DNA from: Syntrophales bacterium
GTDB lineage: Bacteria; Desulfobacterota; Syntrophia; Syntrophales; JACQWR01
NCBI GenBank assembly: GCA_035283845.1
Contig: DATESZ010000155.1
Location: forward strand, 1 to 55,239
Direction of reading: 5' to 3'
DNA length: 55,239 bases
Under the pieces are notes generated by a model that saw only the letters and a list, made by a program, of their open reading frames with translations, searched no databases and was not told the origin of the DNA. This document shows, in pieces, positions 19,411 through 27,791 of this stretch. How positions within the stretch are numbered: the first letter of the stretch is position 1; each line of letters opens with the position of its first letter. Position numbers and translations under genes: made by a program.

Positions 19411-20724
19411 TTAATTGCCGGCGCCCTGCTCTTCAGGGACTGGCCCCGGCCCCTCAGCGTCTGCCACATTCGTGGGCATTTCCTGGCCGTTGGCGATTTC
19501 GTGCTTCTTCTTTATCCACCATGCCTTCAGGCGATTGACATCGGCGAGACGGTCTTTGGCATCGTCACTTTTACTGACCTCCAGTGTTTCACCGGTAATC
19601 CTTTCCAGAGTCACGAGCACCTTGTCACGGATGTCCTGTGCATCGTCATTCAGAAGCCGGATCAACGGCAGCACTGCATCCTGGTTCCGGATGTTTTCCA
19701 GAGCCTGGATGGCGCTTTTGCGGACGCGCAGGTCGCAATCGGCGGCCGCTACCTGCAATAACGACGAGATGGCCTCCTGGGATTCAATCCAGCCCAGAAA
19801 CATTGCCGAGGAATTGCGCACTTCCATATTTTCATCCTTAAGGGCCTCAATGAGCAGCGGCGCGGCTGAGGCTTGTCCCACCTTGTAAAGCCCCCGGACA
19901 CAAGCGTTGCGTACCCCGGCATATGGATGTTTGATATTGCGCTGGCAGACGGTTAAAACTTCGGCATCATCGATCTGAATAAGGGCATTGATAATCTCTG
20001 CCTGCAGCTCCTGGTCGTTGATGGCGAGGGCTTCCTTCAGAACGGGACCCGCATGCTTGTTGCCCAGCTTGCCAAGTTCGCTGACGGCCAGTCGCTTGAC
20101 ATCCGTTTCGGCTTCGATAAGATCGCGCAGCGCCTTTTCAAAAATAACGGCGTCGGACCGCAGGGTGAAAGTTGCCTTTTTGGTGCTGCTCTCGGCAACC
20201 GAGCTAATACGCTTGAAAAGCTGTCCCTCGATCGCGCCGCGGGGCTTGACGGAAAATTTCGCCAGGGGCAATCCCTGCCGCTCTGCGGTTTCAAGCTCCG
20301 CCAGATATTTGTTCAATGCGCTGCTCTCGGACTCCAGCATCTTGATTTTTTCGATAATCTCCTCGGCCTTGGCGGTTGCCAGCACGCCGTCAATATCATC
20401 AGTGCTTGATCCCATCTGGCCAATCTCCAGGTAGAGTTGGCGAATCCTGTTATCAATCATGGCCAGCTTGGCATGCACCTCGGCCTTGGTAAGACCGAAT
20501 TTTTTCCGTAGACCTCCCGTAAACATCCCGGCCGATTTTTTTGCACTATAGCCCATAAGCTGTTTCGTGGCACTGCCGACACCGCCCGCGACCCGCCCTG
20601 CATAACCGACGGATCTGCCCAAGGTCTTCACCGCAAACAACAGACCACTGCATAAAATATTGGCGACACCGCTCGACGCATTGCCTATAACGCCTCGTAA
20701 TTTATCGACATTATTATCCATCAT
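19411..20724 (-). CDS. HEAT/PBS-lyase-repeat protein (mad23-like)
   Basis: Repeats such as VRNACVRGLYKVGQASAAPLLIEALKDENMEVRNSSAMFLGWI and DLRVRKSAIQALENIRNQDAVLPLIRLLNDDAQDIRDKV. The track ORF runs to 20937 but overlaps the upstream gene by 224 nt. I chose the ATGATG at 20724 as start: it is preceded by AGAGGGAGAG and overlaps the upstream stop. Confidence 0.7.
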   Translation of the reverse strand: MMDNNVDKLRGVIGNASSGVANILCSGLLFAVKTLGRSVGYAGRVAGGVGSATKQLMGYSAKKSAGMFTGGLRKKFGLTKAEVHAKLAMIDNRIRQLYLEIGQMGSSTDDIDGVLATAKAEEIIEKIKMLESESSALNKYLAELETAERQGLPLAKFSVKPRGAIEGQLFKRISSVAESSTKKATFTLRSDAVIFEKALRDLIEAETDVKRLAVSELGKLGNKHAGPVLKEALAINDQELQAEIINALIQIDDAEVLTVCQRNIKHPYAGVRNACVRGLYKVGQASAAPLLIEALKDENMEVRNSSAMFLGWIESQEAISSLLQVAAADCDLRVRKSAIQALENIRNQDAVLPLIRLLNDDAQDIRDKVLVTLERITGETLEVSKSDDAKDRLADVNRLKAWWIKKKHEIANGQEMPTNVADAEGPGPVPEEQGAGN

Positions 20725-21766
20725 TGGCTCTCCCTCTTTCATCTTTTTTAAAAGACGCCCCGTCTTCTGTGGGAACAGATAAATCGGCCCCATCGGGGGC
20801 AACGTCAGGGGGATTTTCCTGCTGGGGCAATGCCCCCTCCCCCGGATGATCAACACTTGGCTGATCAAGATGATCAAATGGTTCTTCCGGTTTGGCGCCT
20901 GAGTCTCCGGCAGCAACGCGGATATCCTCTTGAGCAATTGGTGGCGGGGCCTCTTTTTTCACCATCTGCGGACTCCTGGCCGCCTCCTTGCTCGCCGCGG
21001 CAACCTCGGCCAGATGGGTCTGCAGTTTCTGGATTTCTTCCTCGCTCTTTTGCAACTCCTCGATAAATGTGGATATCCTTTCCGTTTCAACAGGACCGCT
21101 GACCCAAGCATTTACTACTTCAGCGCCGATATCGACATACAGGCTGTTGATTCTTTTCTCGCCCCGGCGGATTTTTTGCCTGACCCCGCTGACTTCGACG
21201 GCGGGCTTGACGACGGAAACCGCTTCGCGGATAAATCCCGCCGCTGATTCGCCGGCCTTGAACACTCTGTTCAGTATCGCCCTGCCGTCTGCCGACGCCC
21301 ACTTGGCCTTGGCCGCCGCCGGCCCTGCCTGCCGCCGCTCAACTCCTGCCCGCTGTTTCACCGATGCGGCGCCATCACGGTAGGCCTCGGCATATTTGTG
21401 CATCAGAGGCGGCGCTTTCTTTGCAAGTTGGACGAAGGCGCCCAGCACATCGGACACCTTGTCACCGACACCGGCCGCGGCAGATCCCACTCCCTGGATT
21501 ACCCTGTCCTGTGTTCCCGCTGCTTCCTGTCGATTTTTCTTGGCCGGCGGTGGCATCTCGACATCCTGGCGCTGATAATAATCCGGCCTGGCAGAGGCAA
21601 CACCCTCCCGGAAAACCTCGGCCAATCGCAGCGTTAGAGCTGGCTTCTTTTCATCCGCTTCCAGAGAATAAGCGCCTCCGGTCCCATCATCGGCGGGGGG
21701 AGAGCCGGGCGATGATGATATTGTCTCTGGATTTTCAATGTTACCTGATGAGTTTTGTTCTTCCAT
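20714..21766 (-). CDS. Ala/Gly-rich hypothetical protein carrying the RIxxLYx[DE]IG motif
   Basis: Motif GEKRINSLYVDIGAEVV followed by a coiled helix. Low-complexity N-terminus. Paralogous segments occur in 19411..20724, 25416..26270 and 37811..38116. Confidence 0.5.
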   Translation of the reverse strand: MEEQNSSGNIENPETISSSPGSPPADDGTGGAYSLEADEKKPALTLRLAEVFREGVASARPDYYQRQDVEMPPPAKKNRQEAAGTQDRVIQGVGSAAAGVGDKVSDVLGAFVQLAKKAPPLMHKYAEAYRDGAASVKQRAGVERRQAGPAAAKAKWASADGRAILNRVFKAGESAAGFIREAVSVVKPAVEVSGVRQKIRRGEKRINSLYVDIGAEVVNAWVSGPVETERISTFIEELQKSEEEIQKLQTHLAEVAAASKEAARSPQMVKKEAPPPIAQEDIRVAAGDSGAKPEEPFDHLDQPSVDHPGEGALPQQENPPDVAPDGADLSVPTEDGASFKKDERGRANDG

Positions 21767-21861
21767 AGGACCTGCCTTTCCGTAAAGAGATACTGCAAAA
21801 TTTTTAGGAAAGTTACATTATATATATGCAATGATTATTTGCAGTTACAACCTACACTGCC

Positions 21862-22650
21862 TCAGTTTTTCTGATTAAGAAAAACAATAGCAATAACCCC
21901 GGCGCTCCCCCCTGTGTCAAATGTCAAACTTAACTGCATGGTGACAAGAGAGCCGTCGCTCGTCTTTACATACACGTTATCGAAAAGCTGTTCACGGGCA
22001 GCATATTTTTCCCTGAAAAATGTTTTGATTGAGTCGGTTAATAAAAAAATCTCCTCGGCGTTCTTGCCCTTTATCTGGGCAAAATCGCTGCATTTTAAAA
22101 TTTCCAGCCCGGCCTTATTTACAAACTCAATCTTGTTGCTGGGCGAGACCAGGCACACGCCGTACAGGTAGGAATTAATAAAATTTTCACAAAATTTGAT
22201 GTTGTCCTTGACTTTTGTCACCGACTCCTTCATGCTCCTCGCGTCCTCGATCAGCTTCGCGAAGGACATTTCATTCTCGTAACGCCGGATGAGGTTTTCC
22301 GCCGTTTTGACCAGTTCGTCATCGTCCCAGGGCTTGCTGATATATTTATCCACTGCACCTTTGTTGATGGCGTCAATGGCAGCATTGACATCGGCATACC
22401 CGGTCAAGAGAATCTTTTTGCATTTAGGTTTTAATTCATTTATCTTTTTTAGAAGCTCAGTCCCCTCCATCTCCGGCATTCTCTGGTCAGAAATAACAAG
22501 CACGATGTCCTCTTCGGTAAAAATCCTCAACGCCTCAACACCGCTGGCGGCAGTTTTCACGTTATACACGTCCATAAAGGTATCATACAAAGAATTGAGA
22601 ATATCCTTCTCATCATCTACACATAAAATAGTCCGTTTTGCCGTGTTCAT
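21862..22650 (-). CDS. Response regulator: receiver + PAS-like domain
   Basis: ILCVDDEKDIL...VISDQRMPEMEGTELL...DKYISKPWDDDEL (REC). The C-terminal LVSPSNKIEFVNKAGLEIL...DGSLV is PAS-like. Confidence 0.75.
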   Translation of the reverse strand: MNTAKRTILCVDDEKDILNSLYDTFMDVYNVKTAASGVEALRIFTEEDIVLVISDQRMPEMEGTELLKKINELKPKCKKILLTGYADVNAAIDAINKGAVDKYISKPWDDDELVKTAENLIRRYENEMSFAKLIEDARSMKESVTKVKDNIKFCENFINSYLYGVCLVSPSNKIEFVNKAGLEILKCSDFAQIKGKNAEEIFLLTDSIKTFFREKYAAREQLFDNVYVKTSDGSLVTMQLSLTFDTGGSAGVIAIVFLNQKN

Positions 22651-22761
22651 AAATTGCTCCCCCTTGTTATCCTTAAGAGTTGGTCGTATACTTCCTTAAA
22701 GTATAGCACTAAAATAATGGGTTATTCAAGCATTATCTGCATGTTATTGTTAACTAAATTT

Positions 22762-24108
22762 TTATTTCAATACCAGCAAGCTGATTGTAACCATTGTGCC
22801 TTCACCTAATTTACTTACCAGATTGATCTTACCTCCATGACGTTGTACTATTCTTTCCGTTATGGTGAGTCCGATCCCGGTTCCCGAACCGACGGGCTTG
22901 GTCGTGAAGAAAGGGGTAAATGCCTGCTTTAATGTTTCTTCGGACATCCCCGTTCCATAGTCAATAATCTTGATGATGATTTTTTTCCCCTCTTCATTAT
23001 ATGAGGTGAGCAACCTTACTGTGCCGTTATTTTGAACTGCGTCGCGCGCATTACCGATTATATGCAAAAGACATTGGTTTATCTCGCTGGGATAGCACGC
23101 AAACATGGGCACCTCATTAAATTCTTTAATATAATTTACGTTTCTATCTCCTCCATCATTCGTGGCGCACAAAATTTCCAGTGCCTGTTCTATACTTTGA
23201 TTGATATCTAAAAGCCCCTTAGCTTCCATATCTATCCGGGAAAAGCTTTTCAGGTTGCCGACGATCTTTATTATTCTTTCGATGCCCCTGCTTATCGTAT
23301 CAAATTTATTTTCCAGAGAATTCGTTAAATAGTCATAGTTTATCCCGGCCAGATAATCTTGGAAATCTTTGAAAAGGGGTTCCGGGAGCGGCTTATCATT
23401 CCAATAGGTGATTGCCCCGCTCATTTTATCCACCCCTTTTTTTAAAAAACTGATCGAGCTCTTTACAAAGCTCATCGGATTATTTATTTCATGGGCTATG
23501 CCTGCCGCCAAGGCGCCAATCCCCGCAATCCTGTCCAGTTCCAGGAGTTGCAGATCTATTTGTCTGAGCTCTTCTGTTTTTTCCTGCACCTTTCTTTCCA
23601 GCTCCTGATTAAATCTGGAGAGTTCTGCCGTTTCCCTTATTAACTTTTCTACAAAATGCCTGTCTGTTTCTCTCAGTTTTGCATTGAGGCCCCTTAATAA
23701 ATTTTTCGCCATGCCCAGATTCTTGTGGAAATAGTTCCAGAATTCAATTCCATGGATTATCCCGATCACACAATCCGTAGATGCCCTGACCGTTGCCATG
23801 CGTACGGTATTATCTATCAAGGCCATCTCGCCAAAAAAGCTGTTTTCTTCCAGGGTAGCTATATTTACTTCATGATAATCTTCTTCTACTACGAATATAC
23901 CGACGCTACCTATCAATAAAAGGACAATGAAATCCCCCTTATCCCCTTGATTAAAGATAGTTTCGTTGGCGCTCATTTGCATGACCTGTATTTTTTGTAA
24001 GGCGATATCCAACTGGTCTGCATCAAGGTTATTGAATACCTCATCATACTTAAACAAATCATTATTCTTAATATGTTCAGTGACTTCCTGAGATGGCAAT
24101 ATTACCAT
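22762..24108 (-). CDS. cNMP-binding-domain histidine kinase
   Basis: FGEMALIDNTVRMATVRA (cNMP signature), H-box region GIAHEINNPMSF, HATPase DYGTGMS...GSGTGIGLTITERIV. Confidence 0.8.
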   Translation of the reverse strand: MVILPSQEVTEHIKNNDLFKYDEVFNNLDADQLDIALQKIQVMQMSANETIFNQGDKGDFIVLLLIGSVGIFVVEEDYHEVNIATLEENSFFGEMALIDNTVRMATVRASTDCVIGIIHGIEFWNYFHKNLGMAKNLLRGLNAKLRETDRHFVEKLIRETAELSRFNQELERKVQEKTEELRQIDLQLLELDRIAGIGALAAGIAHEINNPMSFVKSSISFLKKGVDKMSGAITYWNDKPLPEPLFKDFQDYLAGINYDYLTNSLENKFDTISRGIERIIKIVGNLKSFSRIDMEAKGLLDINQSIEQALEILCATNDGGDRNVNYIKEFNEVPMFACYPSEINQCLLHIIGNARDAVQNNGTVRLLTSYNEEGKKIIIKIIDYGTGMSEETLKQAFTPFFTTKPVGSGTGIGLTITERIVQRHGGKINLVSKLGEGTMVTISLLVLK

Positions 24109-24153
24109 AATCCCTTATCTCAACTGAACTGGTCGCCTTCTTAGTAAGCATAT

Positions 24154-25350
24154 TTATTCGGTTTGGTGTACAGGGAACATTATTGTAAAAGTTGTGCCTT
24201 CTCCTAATTTACTTTTTACAGATAATGTCCCCTTATGTTGTTCTATAATTCCGTGGCTTATTGATAGACCTAAACCGGTGCCGCTTCCGACAGGCTTAGT
24301 TGTAAAAAACGGGTCAAAGATTTTATCGATAATATCATCGGGGATACCGCTTCCTGTATCAGAAATCTCTATTTTTACCATGCCATCTTCCATACCGGTC
24401 TTTATTTTTACCTCCCCCTTATCTTTTATAGCATGTCCGGCATTTACTAAGAGATTCATGAATACCTGGTTTATTCTGTCAATATAGCATTCAATTAAAG
24501 GGATCTCCCCATATTCTTTTTTAACCACTATTCTGTCATTATATTCATGTGTCAGAATATTTAAGGTAATATCTATCGCCGAATGAATATCGCTTTCGGC
24601 AAATTCGGCGGCATCTAACCTGGAAAATGTTTTGATATCCATGATAATCTTTTTCATTCTATCACCGCCAATCAGGGATATCTCTATCATCTCTGTTATC
24701 CTGGACTTTAGATACTCGTAATTAATATCTTCTTTAGCTTTATTTATTTTTTCTTTGACGTCTGCAGAGATATCCAACTTATCGTATATTTCCACCAGGT
24801 CGAGCACCTTTTTAATGAACTTGCTCAGATTGCCGAGATTGGCATGAATGAATGAAAGGGGGTTATTGATCTCGTGAGCAATACCTGCAATCATCTCGCC
24901 TAAGGATGCCATTTTAGCACTCTGGACTAATTGCGCTTCAATTCTTTTTCTCTCCTCAATTGACTTTCGAAACTGAGAATTCAACACCTCAAGGACAATT
25001 TTAGTTATCTGATCATGTGACCAGGGTTTCGTAATGTATTTATCAACTGAACCCTGGTTAATCGCTTCCACTATTGCCTGTAGATCGGCGTATCCGGTTA
25101 GCAGCACCTTGCCTGCCCGAGGGTACAATTCATTAACCTGTGCAAAAAACTCAACACCTGTAGTTTCCGGCATACGCTGATCAGATATGATAAGATCTAT
25201 ATGATTTCCGGAAAGAATAGTTAGCGCGTCTTTAGCATTATTTGCCCTGAATACATTATAATTTTTGTAAAATGTATAATATAAGAGATTAAGGATATCT
25301 TCATCATCGTCTACCAATAATATTGATTGATTTTTTTTATCATTATCCAT
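24154..25350 (-). CDS. Receiver-domain histidine kinase
   Basis: ILLVDDDEDIL...IISDQRMPETTGVEF...DKYITKPW (REC), GIAHEINNPLSF (H-box), DTGSGIP...GSGTGLGLSISHGII. Confidence 0.85.
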   Translation of the reverse strand: MDNDKKNQSILLVDDDEDILNLLYYTFYKNYNVFRANNAKDALTILSGNHIDLIISDQRMPETTGVEFFAQVNELYPRAGKVLLTGYADLQAIVEAINQGSVDKYITKPWSHDQITKIVLEVLNSQFRKSIEERKRIEAQLVQSAKMASLGEMIAGIAHEINNPLSFIHANLGNLSKFIKKVLDLVEIYDKLDISADVKEKINKAKEDINYEYLKSRITEMIEISLIGGDRMKKIIMDIKTFSRLDAAEFAESDIHSAIDITLNILTHEYNDRIVVKKEYGEIPLIECYIDRINQVFMNLLVNAGHAIKDKGEVKIKTGMEDGMVKIEISDTGSGIPDDIIDKIFDPFFTTKPVGSGTGLGLSISHGIIEQHKGTLSVKSKLGEGTTFTIMFPVHQTE

Positions 25351-25415
25351 GCAAATATGCTCCTAAAAACAGTAAGTGGCAGGGAGGAGGGGGGCATTTC
25401 ATATAAAAATTGTCA

Positions 25416-26270
25416 TCAGCGTCGCGATATCAATTCGATTATCTCGGATTTCGTCATCCTTTTGTCAGCCTCAATTCCCTTTTCGCTGCATATTTGCAAC
25501 AGATCGTTCTTTGTCAAAGTTTCCAGCTCAACAGTGGCCGCTGCTTCAGTTTCGGCTGCCGTCAATGTTGCACTGGCAAAGGGCGCATCCGATTCAGCCA
25601 TCTCTTTTGGCGGCTCCTGCTCCGGCGTTTCGGCTGCCTCCACAAGAATAACAGCAGATTCATCCGACTTGTTGTCTGTCGGCGCTTCGGCTTCCGGCTC
25701 CGCAGGTTCGGGAGCATCCGATGCCTGCTCCGGCGTCGGCGTTGCGGCCTCTTCCACAGCGACAGCTATTGTTTCTTCCGTCGCAGCGGCCATTGACGCT
25801 GAGCTGTCCTTCGGTAATTCAGTCATGTGTGATTCCTCTGTGTCCGCAGCCTGTTGTGCAGTCCGTTCCGGCATCGTCTTCACTCCCGCGGCAACAAGTT
25901 CTTGAGCCGCTTCTTTCTTGGCCGCGGCCGCTGCCTTTTCCTCTGCCTCAATTTCCTGGAGACGCTGTCTGATGTTATCTATTTCCGCCTGATGCTCGGT
26001 AACACGTCTTACCCCTGTCTTCGCGGCTGCCGAAAGATTTGTCCTGTCTTCTGACGTATCTGCGCGAAGCGCAACTTCCTTGCCTATCTCGAAGTACAGC
26101 CGCTCTATCTTCCTTTCATATTCTCTCAGCCGAGAACGGAGTGTTCCCTTTTCTCCGGGTAAAACAATGGTTTTGATCGAAGACGCCGCATCGTAAAAAT
26201 TCAAAAGCGCGGAGCCGCCAGCATTTAAAACCCGTGCTATGCCTCTGAGCAATACACCTCGCTGTTCCAT
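25416..26270 (-). CDS. Hypothetical protein with the RIxxLYxEIG motif, an acidic Ala/Glu/Thr-rich linker and a C-terminal Rho_N/SAP-like helix pair
   Basis: YERKIERLYFEIGKEVAL motif. C-terminus KNDLLQICSEKGIEADKRMTKSEIIELISRR resembles the Rho N-terminal/SAP fold pattern. Confidence 0.5.
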   Translation of the reverse strand: MEQRGVLLRGIARVLNAGGSALLNFYDAASSIKTIVLPGEKGTLRSRLREYERKIERLYFEIGKEVALRADTSEDRTNLSAAAKTGVRRVTEHQAEIDNIRQRLQEIEAEEKAAAAAKKEAAQELVAAGVKTMPERTAQQAADTEESHMTELPKDSSASMAAATEETIAVAVEEAATPTPEQASDAPEPAEPEAEAPTDNKSDESAVILVEAAETPEQEPPKEMAESDAPFASATLTAAETEAAATVELETLTKNDLLQICSEKGIEADKRMTKSEIIELISRR

Positions 26271-26290
26271 TAAGTCCCCCTTTCCTTTAT

Positions 26291-26389
26291 ATGAAAATCT
26301 CCCCCTCCCTTTATCCCTCCCCCTCGACGGGGGAGGGAGGGGTGGGGGTGATTCTCATGCTTCGTTAATCCAACCCCAAGCATGGGTGT
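26291..26389. repeat. Palindromic intergenic element, type B copy
   Basis: atgaaaatct + ccccctccctttatccctccccctcgacgggggagggaggggtgggggt (49 bp, identical to 33404..33452) + attctcat + stem catgctt...aagcatg + ggtgt. Lies just 3' of the parB-like stop. Confidence 0.85.
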
Positions 26390-26391
26390 CG

Positions 26392-27036
26392 TTATATGAT
26401 AAGCTCATCGATGATGTTTAAAAGATTTTGCAATTCCAGCAAAAGCTGGGTTTTCAGGCATTGCCAGCCTGGGTCAAATTTATCATAATGCCGACATTCA
26501 TCCTGTGTCTTCTCAGGTAAACGATTAAGTTTTATTGCCGCGGAAATAGCCGGCTGCGCTTTGCCAATGGCAACAGCGAGTTTTTCCTCGGTATAGCCGT
26601 GCTGCTCCATCATACAGCCCAGGGCCGCGGCCTCTTCCACAGGTTTGAGGTTTTCACGCTGCAGGTTCTCAATCAGCGAGATTTCCAGGGGATTGCCCTC
26701 GGTAAAAATGGCCGGGATCTTCTCCAGACCCGCCATTTTTGCCGCTCGCAAACGCCTGTTGCCGGCCACTAAAATGATCTGACCAGTTTTGGCTTTACGG
26801 ACGATAACGGGCTGGTACAACCTGTTGTGTTTGATCGAGTTGGCCAGCCCTTCGAGAGCTACCGGGTCAAAATATTTTTCCGGCAGTTCCGGGTCGGTAA
26901 GAATCAGGTTAATGTCCAACAGGTAATAACTGCCCTCCCGGCAGTCGTTCAGAATGGCCGGATGATCTTCCTGCCTTGGTCTTTCCTGTGCCAGCTTGGT
27001 TGTTTTGCCGGCTAATTTACTTCTAATGTCTGTCAT
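26392..27036 (-). CDS. parB: ParB/Spo0J-family protein (ParB N-terminal domain + HTH)
   Basis: LVAGNRRLRAAKMAGLEKIPAI (arginine patch, GxRRxRA), ISLIENLQRENL, HTH YTEEKLAVAIGKAQPAISAAIKLNRLP. ATGA overlap with the upstream parA. Confidence 0.8.
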   Translation of the reverse strand: MTDIRSKLAGKTTKLAQERPRQEDHPAILNDCREGSYYLLDINLILTDPELPEKYFDPVALEGLANSIKHNRLYQPVIVRKAKTGQIILVAGNRRLRAAKMAGLEKIPAIFTEGNPLEISLIENLQRENLKPVEEAAALGCMMEQHGYTEEKLAVAIGKAQPAISAAIKLNRLPEKTQDECRHYDKFDPGWQCLKTQLLLELQNLLNIIDELII

Positions 27037-27788
27037 AGGCTTAGAAACTCACTAACAAGTTGTTCATAATCCTGTGAGCCGAGGCTATCGAGTTTGAAAT
27101 CGAAAATCGGCTCCTGGGCCATTTGGGATTGATTCAGGGCTTCATTGCGTCTGATATAGGTATTGAGGATCAAGTGCTTAAAAGGCTCTAACTGCTGGAA
27201 TACCCAGTCATTACTGATTTTGTTTCTGCTGTCGTACTTGGTCAGGAGGATCCGGATAAAATCGGTCTTGTTAAAGTCGCTGTTTTTTACATGTTCGATG
27301 GTTTCCATCAGATCGGCAAAACCGTCCAGGGCGTAGCGTCCCATTTCGCAAGGGACAATGATAAAATTGGCGGCATATAAGGAGTTGATCGTCAATGTTC
27401 CCAGGGTAGGCCGGCAGTCAATGACAATATAATCAAAATCAAGACCGTCAATGGCTTTTTTCAATAGGGTTTCTCTGAAAAGTTCCGGAGCTAATTGCTG
27501 CTCAATCTTATCGAGGTGGATATGTGAGGGGACAATAAACAGATTATCGGCTTTTGTCGGCAGAATCGCATCTCCGATAGGCTTTTTCCTGGCCAGGACG
27601 TCGATGATCGAGGCGGTAAAGCTCTCCGGCTCGATTCCTATGCCAATCGTTGAATGGGCCTGGGGGTCCATGTCAATTAACAAGGTCCTTTTGTCTTGCC
27701 GGGCCAGGCCTGCCGCAAAATTGATTGACGTAGTCGTCTTGCCCACTCCGCCTTTCTGATTGATGATGGCAATGATGTTTTTATTCAT
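27033..27788 (-). CDS. parA: ParA/Soj-type partition ATPase
   Basis: IIAIINQKGGVGKTTTSINFAAGLA (deviant Walker A with signature Lys), LLIDMDPQ, YIVIDCRPTLG (Walker B). Confidence 0.9.
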   Translation of the reverse strand: MNKNIIAIINQKGGVGKTTTSINFAAGLARQDKRTLLIDMDPQAHSTIGIGIEPESFTASIIDVLARKKPIGDAILPTKADNLFIVPSHIHLDKIEQQLAPELFRETLLKKAIDGLDFDYIVIDCRPTLGTLTINSLYAANFIIVPCEMGRYALDGFADLMETIEHVKNSDFNKTDFIRILLTKYDSRNKISNDWVFQQLEPFKHLILNTYIRRNEALNQSQMAQEPIFDFKLDSLGSQDYEQLVSEFLSL

Positions 27789-27791
27789 ATC

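Noticed and set aside
19411-20937. Long N-terminal extensions given by the ORF track for the HEAT-repeat gene (to 20937), the MamM-like gene (to 36851) and the MamA-like gene (to 34247)
   Set aside because: The extensions overlap the upstream gene by 224 and 154 nt, or lack a ribosome-binding site. Internal ATG codons with good Shine-Dalgarno sequences give protein lengths typical of the families.
14544-27788. AAA+ ATPase, ParB-like, vWA and kinase genes considered as an anti-phage defence island
   Set aside because: I found no nuclease, methylase, reverse transcriptase, TIR, SIR2, toxin or Cas-type domains. The genes are co-directional and translationally coupled with mam/mad genes.
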